A stretch of DNA of 64,000 nucleotides from assembly GCA_964016885.1 (NCBI GenBank), contig OZ024752.1:4278001-4342000 (forward strand). Direction: 5' to 3'. Shown piece by piece: positions 24,095 through 35,777 of this stretch. Below the pieces are notes generated by a model. The model made no database searches, had not been told where the DNA came from, and was given only the letters and a program-made list of their open reading frames with translations. Origin of the DNA: Eledone cirrhosa. Taxonomy: Eukaryota. The first letter of the stretch is position 1. Every line of letters starts with the position of its first letter. The position numbers were made by a program, and so were the translations under genes.

Positions 24095-26100
24095 CCCTAC
24101 CCCACGTAGACCCTATAGAGGGACCAGCAGTACAAGTCAGCGGCAGCGTAGTAAGTAAGGCAATCAGAGATATGAAGATAGGGAAGGCAACCGGTCCATC
24201 GGGTATAGCTGCCGAGATGCTGAAGGCATCTGGGTCTGTAGGTCACACTATAACCACACGTATCGTTAACCAGGTAATACTAGAGGGGGCCATACCAAAA
24301 GATTGGTGCAGTAGCATCATTGTCAACTGCTACAAAGGTAAAGGCGATGCACTAGATAGAGGAAACTATAGAGGTATAAAGTTGATGGACCAGGTCATGA
24401 AAGTAACAGAAAGAGTTATAGCACAGCTGATTAGGGACCGGGTGAATATAGACGAGATGCAATTTGGGTTTGTTCCAGGGAAAGGCACCACTGATGCGCT
24501 CTTCCTTGTGAGGCAATTACAGGAAAAGTACCTAGCTAAAAGTAAGCCACTCTACTTGGCATTTGTCGACCTTGAGAAAGCCTTTGACAGAGTTCCACGT
24601 GCAGTAATCTGGTGGGCTCTTAGAAAACTAGGAGTAGATGAATGGCTTGTGAAAGCGGTACAAGCCATGTATAGGGGAGCAGTCAGCAAAGTTAGGATTG
24701 GCAATGAGTATAGCGAGGAATTTAGCGTACAGGTTGGGGTCCACCAGGGCTCTGTTCTTAGCCCTCTCCTGTTCATCATAGTCCTGCAGGCAATAACGGA
24801 GGAGTTTAAGACCGGATGCCCATGGGAACTCCTGTATGCTGATGACCTCGCACTCATAGCTGAATCTATGGTAGAACTAGAGAATAAATTCCAAACCTGG
24901 AAGCAGGGACTAGAGAGAAAGGGCCTCAAAGTCAACATGACAAAGACTAAGGTCCTTATAAGTAGACGAGAAAACAGAACCCAGATCCCCTCAGGGAAAT
25001 GGCCTTGCTCAGTATGTAGGAAAGGTGTAGGTAGGAACTCCATTCTTTGCCCCAAATGCAAACAATGGGTACACAAGAGATGTAGCGGGATCTCAGGAAG
25101 CTTAATTAAGAATGTAGGATTCACATGCAGCAGCTGTGCTGAAACAGCAAGCAAACAGCCACAGGAAACAAGTACCACCAATCTCTGGGAGGGCCCTGTA
25201 GAAACAGTAGACAGCTTCTGCTACCTAGGTGACCGAATTAGCAACGGAGGTGGGTGCTCAGAAAGTACAATAACTAGGGTAAGAACGGGATGGAAGAAGT
25301 TTAGGGAACTACTACCACTGCTAGCTGCAAAAGGCTTCTCCCTCAGAATGAAAGGCAGACTGTATGATGCGTGTATCCGAACAGCGATGTTGCATGGTAG
25401 TGAGACCTGGGCGCTGAAGGTGGAAGACTTACGTAGATTAGAGAGAAACGAAGCCTGCATGCTCCGATGGATGTGTAACAGTAATATACGTGAACGACAA
25501 AGCATAAATGAATTGAGAGAGAGACTGAGCATAAGAGGAATCAAATGCTGCGTGCAGGAGAGGCGGTTACGCTGGTATGGACATGTGATGCGTATGAAGG
25601 ATGACAGCTGCATAAAAAGGTGCAGAGCACTAGAAGTTGATGGAAACCGCGGAGTGGGGAGACCCAAGATGACTTGGGATGAGGTGATAAAAGCCGACCT
25701 TACCCAACTACACCTCTCAAAGACAATGACACACGACCGTGACTTCTGGCGTCACGCAGTAATACAGGGTACCCGACCTCCCATGGGTACATGCTGAAGC
25801 ATATAAACAATATGCCCCCCCCCCCCCACCGCAAGGTGGTCGTGGAGGTGCCACGGCAAAAAAGCACCCAGCCCACACTGTAAAGTGGACGTGTAGGCGC
25901 CACGAAAAAGCACCCAGCACTCACTGTAAATGAGGTTGGTGTTAGGAAGGGCATCCAGCTGTAGAAATCAAGCCAGATCAGTTCCTGTATGAGCAAGGCA
26001 TGGTCAGCCGACCAGACACTGCCCACAACAGGACAACCCGTCTAACCCATGCTAGCGTGGAAGAACGGACGTAAAACGGTGATGATGATGATGATGATGA
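24095..26100 (+). mobile_element. Young 5'-truncated RTE-clade LINE
   Basis: Uninterrupted RT ORF, 3'UTR and (GAT)n tail; (TA)n/(GA)n at the 5' junction; APE endonuclease region missing. Confidence 0.97.
24172..25797 (+). CDS. RTE LINE ORF2 reverse transcriptase (partial) with inserted C4HC3 PHD-like finger
   Basis: KATGPSGI, NYRGIKL, QFGFVPG, FVDLEKAFDRV, GVHQGSVLSPLLF, LLYADDL, FCYLG, RRLRWYGHV, GRPKMTW. Confidence 0.95.
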   Translation: MKIGKATGPSGIAAEMLKASGSVGHTITTRIVNQVILEGAIPKDWCSSIIVNCYKGKGDALDRGNYRGIKLMDQVMKVTERVIAQLIRDRVNIDEMQFGFVPGKGTTDALFLVRQLQEKYLAKSKPLYLAFVDLEKAFDRVPRAVIWWALRKLGVDEWLVKAVQAMYRGAVSKVRIGNEYSEEFSVQVGVHQGSVLSPLLFIIVLQAITEEFKTGCPWELLYADDLALIAESMVELENKFQTWKQGLERKGLKVNMTKTKVLISRRENRTQIPSGKWPCSVCRKGVGRNSILCPKCKQWVHKRCSGISGSLIKNVGFTCSSCAETASKQPQETSTTNLWEGPVETVDSFCYLGDRISNGGGCSESTITRVRTGWKKFRELLPLLAAKGFSLRMKGRLYDACIRTAMLHGSETWALKVEDLRRLERNEACMLRWMCNSNIRERQSINELRERLSIRGIKCCVQERRLRWYGHVMRMKDDSCIKRCRALEVDGNRGVGRPKMTWDEVIKADLTQLHLSKTMTHDRDFWRHAVIQGTRPPMGTC

Positions 26101-26189
26101 TATACATGCAGATCAACTCTTATGCAAACAATCCTCGCATCACCCATGTATTCATCAGTCATGCAAAACCTCAATTCTTCTTGACTTAC

Positions 26190-26263
26190 ATTGTTTTCAC
26201 CGGTAAGATCAACAGAAGAGATGTAGCAATAGTAACAATAGCTAACTTAAACATATATCTTGG
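26190..26263 (-). CDS. Possible small exon (PRYMFKLAIVTIATSLLLILPVKT), hydrophobic
   Basis: Minus-strand donor gtaagtc, acceptor catctag, ctaac branch-like motif upstream; single open frame. Confidence 0.2.
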
Positions 26264-27088
26264 CTAGATGAATGTCTAGTTAGTTTGACTGGAAGGTGGC
26301 ATTTGTGTCATGAAAGTGTAAATCAATGGCTCTATCAAAGAAGATATCTTCTCTAATCTTTGTGTTATTATACTTTGAATATCCTAAACTGCCTATAAAA
26401 AGGCAGCTTGAGAATCTGGTTTAACTATAAACAGCAAGCTAGTGATGTCAGTATATCTATACTGCATGTAACACAGCTGCATAGAGGCTAGGAGGGCTAA
26501 GCTATATTGTTTTGAAATTTATTTGAAGCTGAATCTACAAGATTAATATTCACAGTTTCACACATTTTGAACTTTCAGACAACAGGGAAGTTTCTTACTT
26601 ACAAATATTTCTTTCGTTGAATCAGTGTGCTTTCACTCTTGTGTATGTACAAGTGGGAGCGGTTGTGGGGGTGTAAGTGGAGGTGGTTTGTGGAGTCTTT
26701 AGTTTCCCAGAAGTTAAGGAAATATTTCAGGTGGTGTGGTGGTGCTGTGATAATAAATTACACCAAGTACACTCTGTAAAGTTTTGGGGAAATGGTCAGA
26801 AAGAAATATGTAGTATTGATGAGGATATGATGACCTCTCTAGTGCTAATGTGGCAAGATATTACACCCAGTACACTCCATAAAGTTGTTGGGAAATGGTC
26901 AGAGAGAGAACTCTAGCATTGAAGAGGTCATGACAATCTCTCGAGTGCTGATGTGACAAGAACTTACACCCAGCACACTCTGTAAAGTCATATAAAACAT
27001 AACAATTCCAAATGGAACAAAAAAGTTAGATGTGCTCTACTGACACATTGAAGGGTGCTGAACAATAATAAATATATATATATATATA

Positions 27089-27528
27089 TGTCTTCTGGCG
27101 CTACACAGTAATACAGAAGACCCGCCTTGCCTAAGTACAAAGCGAAACCTACAGTCAGTAGGCACCTCTTAACAAAAATACACCCCCGTCCCACTACCCC
27201 ACCCCGTCCACACCACCCCTTTCGATGTAAAGTTATGTTGGTACCACAACATCCAGTCCAAAATAAATGAGGTCGTGTAGGTGTCACGACAAAAAAAAAA
27301 TACAGTCCAGGCTGTAATGTGGCTGTGTAGGTAACACGGTAAAAACCTCCCAGTTCACACTGTAAACGTGGTTGTTGTTAGGAAGGGCATCCAGCCGTAG
27401 AAAACCTGCCAGACAGTCCTATGCGAGCAAGACAACCAATCTTGCCTCAAGTGCGACAATTCCCGTCCAAACCCATGCAAGCGTGGAAGATGGACGTTAA
27501 ACGATGATGATGATGATGATGATGATGA
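27089..27528 (+). mobile_element. RTE LINE 3' end
   Basis: Matches the 3'UTR of the 8236 copy; (GAT)n tail; (TA)n on both sides. Confidence 0.9.
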
Positions 27529-27708
27529 TATATACATAATATATAATATATGTATATAAAATATGTATATAATATATATATATAATATATATTATATATA
27601 ATATATATATATATATGTCTGTTTGAGAGTGTGGTGCTGAAAAGGTCTTTTGAAGCAGTTGTCTGTTCATCTTATATAACTGTTTTTCTTTGTGCACTTT
27701 TTATGCTG

Positions 27709-27742
<34 letters not shown>

Positions 27743-28166
27743 TTCGTTTCTGAATTTGTTTAGCAAGATTCTTTATCTGAAAACGTGTGTTGAAACCGAT
27801 ATTGTTATGCTTTGGGAGGGTCATGTTGCCAATAAGAAACACACGCACCAGTTGCTTTCACTCCAATTTATTATAAATTTAATTATTTATAAATTTCCGG
27901 TTGGTTGGTTCCACAATCAGACGATTGCACATATATTGTCAAAGTTCTTTCGTCACACATTCTGTGACCTATTCAGTGACTGGGGATTCTTTTCTTTGAC
28001 GAAAGAACTTTGACAATATATGAACAATCGTCTGGTTGTGGAACCAACCAACCAACTGGAAATTTATAAATTCTTAAATTTTTAAATTTAATTTATAATA
28101 AATTGGAGTGAAAGCAACTGGTGCATGTGTTTCTTATTGGCAACATGACCCTCCCAAAGCATAACA

Positions 28167-28170
<4 letters not shown>
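27743..28170. mobile_element. (TA)n-embedded long fold-back element
   Basis: Inverted arms 27799-27955 / 27997-28170 with few mismatches; aataaattggagtg near the arm ends. Confidence 0.7.
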
Positions 28171-28219
<49 letters not shown>

Positions 28220-28298
28220 GTAATAATAAAAATGTGAAAACTAAAATCCGAAGAGGGCTCGATAAGGATTATATATATTTAAATCTCATATGTAAGAA

Positions 28299-28376
28299 GC
28301 TGTCTGATGAGATCATGGCACTGAGTACTATGCCGAATCGCGTGGCCACTGTCGTCATCGAAATATGTATCACGGC
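28299..28376 (+). ncRNA. Type-I hammerhead ribozyme with extended helix II
   Basis: Helix I gctgt/acggc; CTGATGA 28304; gat...atc closing helix II; GAAA 28360; tatgta loop; TC; AATAAA at 28383. Confidence 0.8.
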
Positions 28377-28660
28377 CTTATCAATAAAGGACTTTAACAT
28401 CTAAGCTTTGTATTTCCTTAATCTATATATATATATATATATATATATAAACATACACAGGCACATATACATACTTGACATGTATATATATATATATTCG
28501 CATACATACACAAGCACATATATATATTTGATATATGAATACCATACCAGGTATGTATATGTGTACATGTATATATGTGTGAGTATGTGTATGTATTCAT
28601 ACATATTTATATATATGTGTGCGTGTTTATACATACTTACATATATACATATACATATAC

Positions 28661-28718
<58 letters not shown>

Positions 28719-28860
28719 GCATACATACACAAGCACATATATATATTTGATATATGAATACCATACCAGGTATGTATATGTGTACATGTATATATGTATT
28801 CATACATACTTTTATCCGATATTTGCATTGCTTTATTGTGCTACAATAAAACTCACCTCC

Positions 28861-28931
<71 letters not shown>

Positions 28932-29669
28932 GCACATACATATATATCCCAAGGACAAGTAGGATTTGTGTTGCTCCCCATTAAATAAATGCGATCAAAG
29001 ACTTGTGAAGGTTCCCCTACCTCTCCACCCCGACTCCGCTACATCTTTCAATACATATATATACTTCTATTATAGAATCTTGGAGAGGGGATAACACTAT
29101 ATGGACATAGGTTGGGGTGCAGGAGTATAGCCAGCCAGCTGCGATGGTTGTATTGGTAGTAGTGGTTGGGGTTAGGGTTATAGTTGCAGTAGTTGTGGTG
29201 GTGGTGGTGGTGGTGGTGGTGGTAGTCATGGTGATGGTGCTGGTGATGGTAATAATACTAAGCATTAATGGTATGTTGTTATTGTTATTGAGTGAGGTGT
29301 CAGCTACTGTAAGTGGTTAGTGATGGAAGAGATGATGGCAGTGGTGGTGGAGGTGGTGGTGGTGGTGGAGGTGGAGGTGGCGACGAAGACGGCGGCGGCG
29401 GTGATGGTGATGATGATGATGATGGAGGAGCACTTATTATATAAATGGTTGGGATGGTGGTGATAGTAATAGAAGTCTTGTTGATATTGAGTTGATGGTA
29501 GCTGCTGCTGCTGCTGCTGCTGTTGTTGCTGTTGTTGTTGTTGTTGTTGTTATTTAATCTTAGGTCTGTTGTGACCAAGCACAGTCTATCTAGGTCTACA
29601 TTATCCAATGTATTCTTGCCTTTTTGGAAGGTGGTAGTGTACGTGGTATGAGGGAGGTTTAGCTGTTAA

Positions 29670-29772
29670 TTGTGGTGGTGTGTTGTGGTGGTGGTGGTGT
29701 GGTGGTGGTGGGGTGTTGTGGTGGTGGTGGTGGTGGTGTGTTGTGGTGGTGTGTTGTGGTCGTGGTGGTGGT

Positions 29773-29804
<32 letters not shown>

Positions 29805-30735
29805 TGGTGGTGTGGTGGGGTGGGGTGTTGTGGTGGTGGTGGTGGTGGTGTGTTGTGGTGGTGGTGGTGTGTTGTGGTCGTGGTGGTGGTGGTGGTGTGT
29901 TGTGGTGGTGGTGGTGGTGGTGTGTTGTGGTGGTGTGTTGTGGTCGTGGTGGTGGTGGTGGGGTGGGGTGTTGTGGTGGTGGGGTGTTGTGGTGGTAGTG
30001 GTGGGGTGTTGTGATGGTGGTGGTGGTGGTGGTGGTGGTGGTGTGTTGTGGTCGTGGTGGTGGTGGTGGGGTGGGGTGTTGTGGTGGTGGTGGTGGTGGT
30101 GTGGTGGGGTGGGGTGTTGTGGTGGTGGTGGTGGTGGTGTGTTGTGGTGGTGGTGGTGTGTTGTGGTCGTGGTGGTGGTGGTGGTGGTGGTGTGTTGTGG
30201 TGGTGGTGGTGGTGGTGTGTTGTGGTGGTGTGTTGTGGTCGTGGTGGTGGTGGGGTGGGGTGGGGTGGTGGTGGGGTGTTGTGGTGGTAGTGGTGGGGTG
30301 TTGTGATGGTGGTGGTGGTGGTGGTGTGTTGTGGTGGTGGTGGTGGTGTGTTGTGGTGGTGGTGGTGGTGTGTTGTGGTGGTGGTGGTGGTGGTGTGTTG
30401 TTGTGGTGGTGGTGGGGTGGGGTGTTGTGGTGGTGGGGTGTTGTGGTGGTAGTGGTGGGGTGTTGTGATGGTGGTGGTGGTGGGGTGTTGTGGTCGTGGT
30501 GGTGGTGGTGGTGGTGGTGGTGGTGGTGTGTTGTGGTGGTGGTGGTGTGTTGTGGCGGTGGTGGTGATGGTAATGATACTGATGTTGATGATGATAGTGG
30601 TGGTGTTGATTGTGATGGTGGTGGTGGTGGTGGTGGTGGTGATGATGGTGATTGTGATAGTGATGGTGGAGGTGTTGGTAATGATGGTGGTGCTGATAGT
30701 GGGTGATGGTGGTGGTGAGGGTAGTGGTGATGATT
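29670..30735. repeat. (GGT)n compound satellite
   Basis: gtgttgtggtggtggt units. Confidence 0.95.
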
Positions 30736-30745
30736 GTGTTCATAA

Positions 30746-30925
30746 CTGTTTCTACTTTAGGCACAAGGCCAGCAATTACCCAGTGTATTACTGGTACCTT
30801 ATTTTATCGACCCTGTAAGGATGAAAGGCAAAGTTAACCTCGGCGGGATTTGAACTCAGAATGGAAAGGGCCGTAACTCTATGCGTCAAAGTATGGCGTC
30901 CGACCCTCTACCGCTACTGCCAATT
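30746..30925 (-). mobile_element. tRNA-SINE family A, full length
   Basis: Family consensus with A-box tggcagtagcgg and B-box gagttcaaatcc. Confidence 0.9.
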
Positions 30926-31274
30926 CCCAAATAATGAAATAAATTTAGCATTGTGTTCATAATGATGATGGTGATGATGATGATGATGGTGATGATGGTG
31001 TTCAGTATAATGATGATAATGGTGGTGATGATGATGATGATGATGATGATGCAGCAACAGTGGCTAATGGAGAGAATCTGTGACAAATGTAGGCAGTTGT
31101 GTGTGGTTGTGGTATTGGTGATGCCACTAGTGTCTCCAGTGTCAACGGTGTCAGTGATGTTGTGCAGGGGAGCTACTTTGTGCCACTTTGGCTTGCAGCT
31201 GTGTCAGCAACTAATTCTATTCATACAGAAGAGATAATGCAGCGACATGAAGTTTCACCATGAATTATTCATAC

Positions 31275-31855
31275 TATCATCCCTCACTCTCTCTCTCTCT
31301 CTCTCTACCACCTGCATGTCACCCCTCCCTCACTCTCTCTCTCTCTCTACCACCACCACCACCACCTGCATGTCATCCCTCCCTCTCTCTCTCTCTCTAC
31401 CACCTGCATGTCATCCCTCCCTCACTCTCTCTCTCTCTCTACCACCTGCATGTCATCCCTCCCTCACTCTCTCTCTCTCTCTCTCTACCACCACCACCAC
31501 CACCTGCATGTCATCCCTCCCTCTCTCTCTCTCTCTACCACCACCACCTGCATGTCATCCCTCCCTCCCTCACTCTCACTCTCTCTCTACCACCACCACC
31601 TGCATGTCATCCCTCCCTCCCTCACTCTCACTCTCTCTCTACCACCACCACCTGCATGTCATCCCTCCCTCTCTCTACCACCACCACCACCACCTGCATG
31701 TCATCCCTCCTTCCCCCTCTCTCTCTCTCTACCACCACCACCACCTGCATGTCATCCCTCCCTCACTCTCTCTACCACCACCACCACCACCACCTGCATG
31801 TCATCCCTCCCTCCCTCACTCTCTCTCTCTCTCTACCACCACCACCTGCATGCAA
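31275..31855. repeat. Compound minisatellite (ct)n-(acc)n-tgcatgtcatccctcc
   Basis: About 12 units sharing the anchor cctgcatgtcatccctcc with variable microsatellite spacers. Confidence 0.9.
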
Positions 31856-32522
31856 TCTCTCTCCATACATAACACGTATGCATACACATACACACACTCT
31901 TTCTCCCCCCATCTCCTTCTCTCCCCTACATCCCTCTCCCCATCTCCCTCTGTCCCCATCTCCCTCACCCCCACCTCCCTCTCTCCCCTACCTCCCTCTC
32001 ACCATCTCCCTCTCTCCACATCTCTCTCTCCCCACCTCCCTCTCTCCTCTACCTCCCTATCCCCACCTCCCCTTCTCCCCCTACCGCATTACCCCCATCT
32101 CCCTCTCTCCCTACCTCCCTCTCCCCCCACTACCTCCCTCTCCCCCACCCCATCTCTCCCCATCTCACTCTCCCCCCTATCTCACACTCTCTCTCTCTCA
32201 TTTCTTTCTTCTCTCACTCATTTTCTTCAATCCTTTATCTCATTCCTCTTGTTTGCTTCACCTCTATACCTTTCATCACTTCTCTATCTCTCTATCTATC
32301 TCAATTTCTCTCTCTCTCTCCTCTCTCTCACCCTCAGCTTGCTCTCTATCTTTCTCTCTCCTTCTATATATGTTTCTTTACATATATGTTTCTAGAAATA
32401 TATGTCATCATCATACACCTGTTTTCTTTCAAGCAATTGTTGCTCCTGTATGTAGACTTACAACTGGCTCTATCAATCTTTTACAAATATCCATCTATCT
32501 AATATCATTTATCTCTCTATAT

Positions 32523-33067
32523 ATCATCATCTCATCATCATCATCTTCGTTTAACGGCCATTTTCCACGCTAGCATGGGTTGGACGGCAGTTGTCCCACT
32601 TGAGGCAAGGCTGGTCGGGTGTCCGTGTCTCGCTCATATAGGACTATCTGGCAGGTTTTCTACAGCTGGATGCCCTTCCTAACACCAACCACATTTACAG
32701 TGTGGAACTGGGAACTTTTTACCGTGTTACCTATACAACCACATTACAGCGTGGACTGTGTGTTTTTTTTGTTGTGACACCTACACGATCTCGATCTCAT
32801 TTTCTCGTGCTGTTGGTGGGAGTGGGAGGATAGGGTAGGGGTAGTGGATTGGGGTGTATATTTGGTTAAGAGGTGCCTACTGACTGTAGGTTTCGCTTTG
32901 TACATAGGCAAGGCGGGTCTTCTGTATTACTGCGTAGCGCCAAAGATCTCGGTCCAGAGACATTGTCTTAGAGAGATGTAAGTGTGTGAGGTCGGAATTT
33001 ATCAGATCATCCCAGGTTTTTCTTGGTCTACCTACTCCGTAACTACCATCAATTTTGATCGCCCTGC
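32523..33067 (-). mobile_element. RTE LINE 3' fragment
   Basis: RAIKIDGSYGVGRPRKTWDDLINSDL, 3'UTR and (GAT)n tail. Confidence 0.92.
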
Positions 33068-33112
33068 ATATATACATATATATGTGTATATATATATTTA
33101 TATATCAATATA

Positions 33113-34155
33113 CATCATCATCATCATCACCGTTTTACGTCCATTCTTCCACGCTAGCATTGTTTAGACGGTTTGTCCTGTTGTGGGCAATGCCAGGTCG
33201 GGTGACCTTGTCTTGCTCATACGGGAACTGATTCTGTCTTGATTTCTACAGCTGGATGCCCTTCCTAACACCTACCTCATTTATAGTGAGTACTGGGTCC
33301 TTTTTACTGTGGCATCTACATGACCTTTACAGTGTCGGCTGGGTGCTCTTTTGTCATGGCACCTCCACAACCACTTTGCAGTGGGGGGGGGGGAGCATAT
33401 AGTCTATATGCTTCAGTTTTGGCCTCTACCCATCGGGAGTTGGGTCTTCTGTATTACTGCGTGACACCAGAGGTCACGGTCCCGTGTCATCACCTCTGAT
33501 TGGGCAAGGTCAGCTTTTATCACCTCATCCCAGGTCTTCCTGGGTCTCCCCACTCCAAGGCTTCCATCGACTTTTGGTGCTCTGCACCTTTTTATGGACC
33601 TGTCATGCTTCATACGCAACACATGTCCATACCAACGCAACCGCCTCTCCTGCACACAGCATTTGATTCCTCTTATGCTCAATTCGTTTATGCTTTGCCG
33701 TTCACGTATATTACTATTACACATCCATCGGAGCATGCAGGCTTCATTTCTCTCTAATATACGTAAGTCTTCCACCTTCAGCGCCCAGGTCTCACTACCA
33801 TGTAACATTGCTGTTCGTATGCACACATCATACAGTCTGCCTTTCATTTTGAGCGAAAAGCCTTTTGTAGCTCCCTGAACTTCTTCCATCCCGTTCTTAC
33901 CCTAGTTATTGTATTTTCTAAACACCCACCTCTGCTACTAATTTGGTCACCCAGGTAGCAGAAGCTGTCTACTGTTTCTACAGAGCCCTCCCAGAGTTTG
34001 GTAGTGCTTGTTTCCTGTGGCCGTTTGCTGCTTACTGTCCCAGTGCAGCTGCTACATCTAAAGCCTACATTCTTAGTTAAGCTTCCTGAGATCCTGCTAC
34101 ATCTCTTGTGTACCCATAGTTTGCATTTGGGGCAGAGGATGGAATTCCTCCCAAC
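33113..34155 (-). mobile_element. RTE LINE 3' ~1 kb, frameshifted
   Basis: GRNSILCPKCKLWVHKRC...FCYLGD...RRLRWYGHV...GRPRKTW; 5' end abuts (TA)n. Confidence 0.95.
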
Positions 34156-34167
34156 ATATATATATAT

Positions 34168-34208
<41 letters not shown>

Positions 34209-34284
34209 CGTGTGTGTATGTATATATATATAGAGAGAGAAAACTAGGTGTAGATGAATGGCTTGTGAGAGCTATACAAGGTAG

Positions 34285-34315
<31 letters not shown>

Positions 34316-34333
34316 ATTATTATTAATAATAAA

Positions 34334-34525
34334 CAGGTGGGATTGGCAGTATCGGTAGAGGGTCGGACGCCATGCTTTGACGCATAGTTACTTCCCTTGC
34401 CATTCTGAGTTCAAATCCCACCGAGGTTAACTTTGCCTTTCATCCTTACGGGGTCGATAAAATAAAGTACCAGTAATGCACTGGGTAATTGCTGGCCTTG
34501 TGCCAAAAGTAGAAACAATTATTAA
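34334..34525 (+). mobile_element. tRNA-SINE family A, full length
   Basis: ttggcagtatcggtagagggtcggac...gagttcaaatccc...gtagaaacaattatt. Confidence 0.92.
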
Positions 34526-34686
34526 TAATTAAATAGCTCTGTACAATACATAGAGCATTCTTCTTTCCTACGAAAATACTTAACACTAAAACATATATAT
34601 ATAGATAGATATATAACAATATATATATAACAATATATATATAACAATATATAACAATTGTTAAACTAATATGTACATATAAATAA

Positions 34687-34733
<47 letters not shown>

Positions 34734-34789
34734 TATAATTTTTCCCTATTCCTTCCTCTTATTCTTTATCTTTCTATTTTGTAACTCTA

Positions 34790-34825
34790 TCTTCTGATGA
34801 AGGACCAGTGTCCGAAACATTAAGA
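34790..34825 (+). ncRNA. Minimal hammerhead ribozyme
   Basis: tctt-CTGATGA-a-ggac-cagt-gtcc-GAAA-ca-TT-aaga; homolog with shared downstream tail at 51133-51168 (-). Confidence 0.7.
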
Positions 34826-34992
34826 CTCTTTTCCTGCTATTTCAAGCATTAAACTAATATATTTCTACAATGTACTGTGTTGTTTGTTTTGTTATTTCAG
34901 TTTACTTTTTACATACATATCTATCTATATATACTTTACATACATATATATATTTTACATACATATCTATATATATTTTACATACATATCTA

Positions 34993-35025
<33 letters not shown>

Positions 35026-35524
35026 GCACACAGTTATGCTATCAAAAGCGCTTTGGGAATGTAAACTCACAATTTTTGGCATAACAACATTAGTAAGAAA
35101 ATGGCCAATTTTCAGAATATTCTCCTATGTTAGTTTCCACATAAGCTCAGCTTTCTGCTAAGAAATAAAATTATTATTATATATATATAATATACACTTT
35201 ATATTACACAAGGGTGAACTAATTTACATATTAATGCTACTTTGACTATCATTAAAATTTCTGTTTACACCAAATACAGCGTGAAAAGTAAAAATTGACT
35301 ATATCTAAGAATAATCATATGTTTCAATCTTATCTCCTATAATATTTAGACTATATGATATGGTTTATAGCTATGAAGACTTCCATGTTTAAATGATATA
35401 TATATTGTTTTTTCTGAAGTAGAATTGAATGATGAAAAGCATATGAAAAATTCATGCCAAGATGGGTTAGTTGTTGGAAATGTGTATATTATACATCTTC
35501 TGGCTGCACGGAGGTAATGAAATG

Positions 35525-35772
35525 GTGGTGGTTTAGTGGTTAGAGAGTTGGATTCACAACTGTGAGGTTGTCAGTTCAATTCTCAGAGTTGGTGATGTGT
35601 TGTGTCCTTGAGCAAGACACTTTATTTCACGTTGCTCCTTCTGTCTGGAGTTGCGACCGATAGAGAGTATTAGCAATGGAAAGACCAATGGAAACATTGT
35701 TTCCTTGGTCCAATTTGATGAGCTCCACCCCACTTGGCAAGTGAATGAGGTCTGGGATCTTGTTGATCAATC
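35525..35772 (+). mobile_element. tRNA-SINE family B head and core with a different tail
   Basis: tggtttagtggttag A-box, gttcaattc B-box, gtgtccttgagcaagacactt. Confidence 0.75.
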
Positions 35773-35777
35773 AGAGT

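Noticed and set aside
28500-28800. Local duplications (about 219 bp here; 51 bp at 46218-46320; about 110 bp at 26755-26990)
   Set aside because: Ordinary slippage duplications in low-complexity or repeat-derived sequence; no further structure
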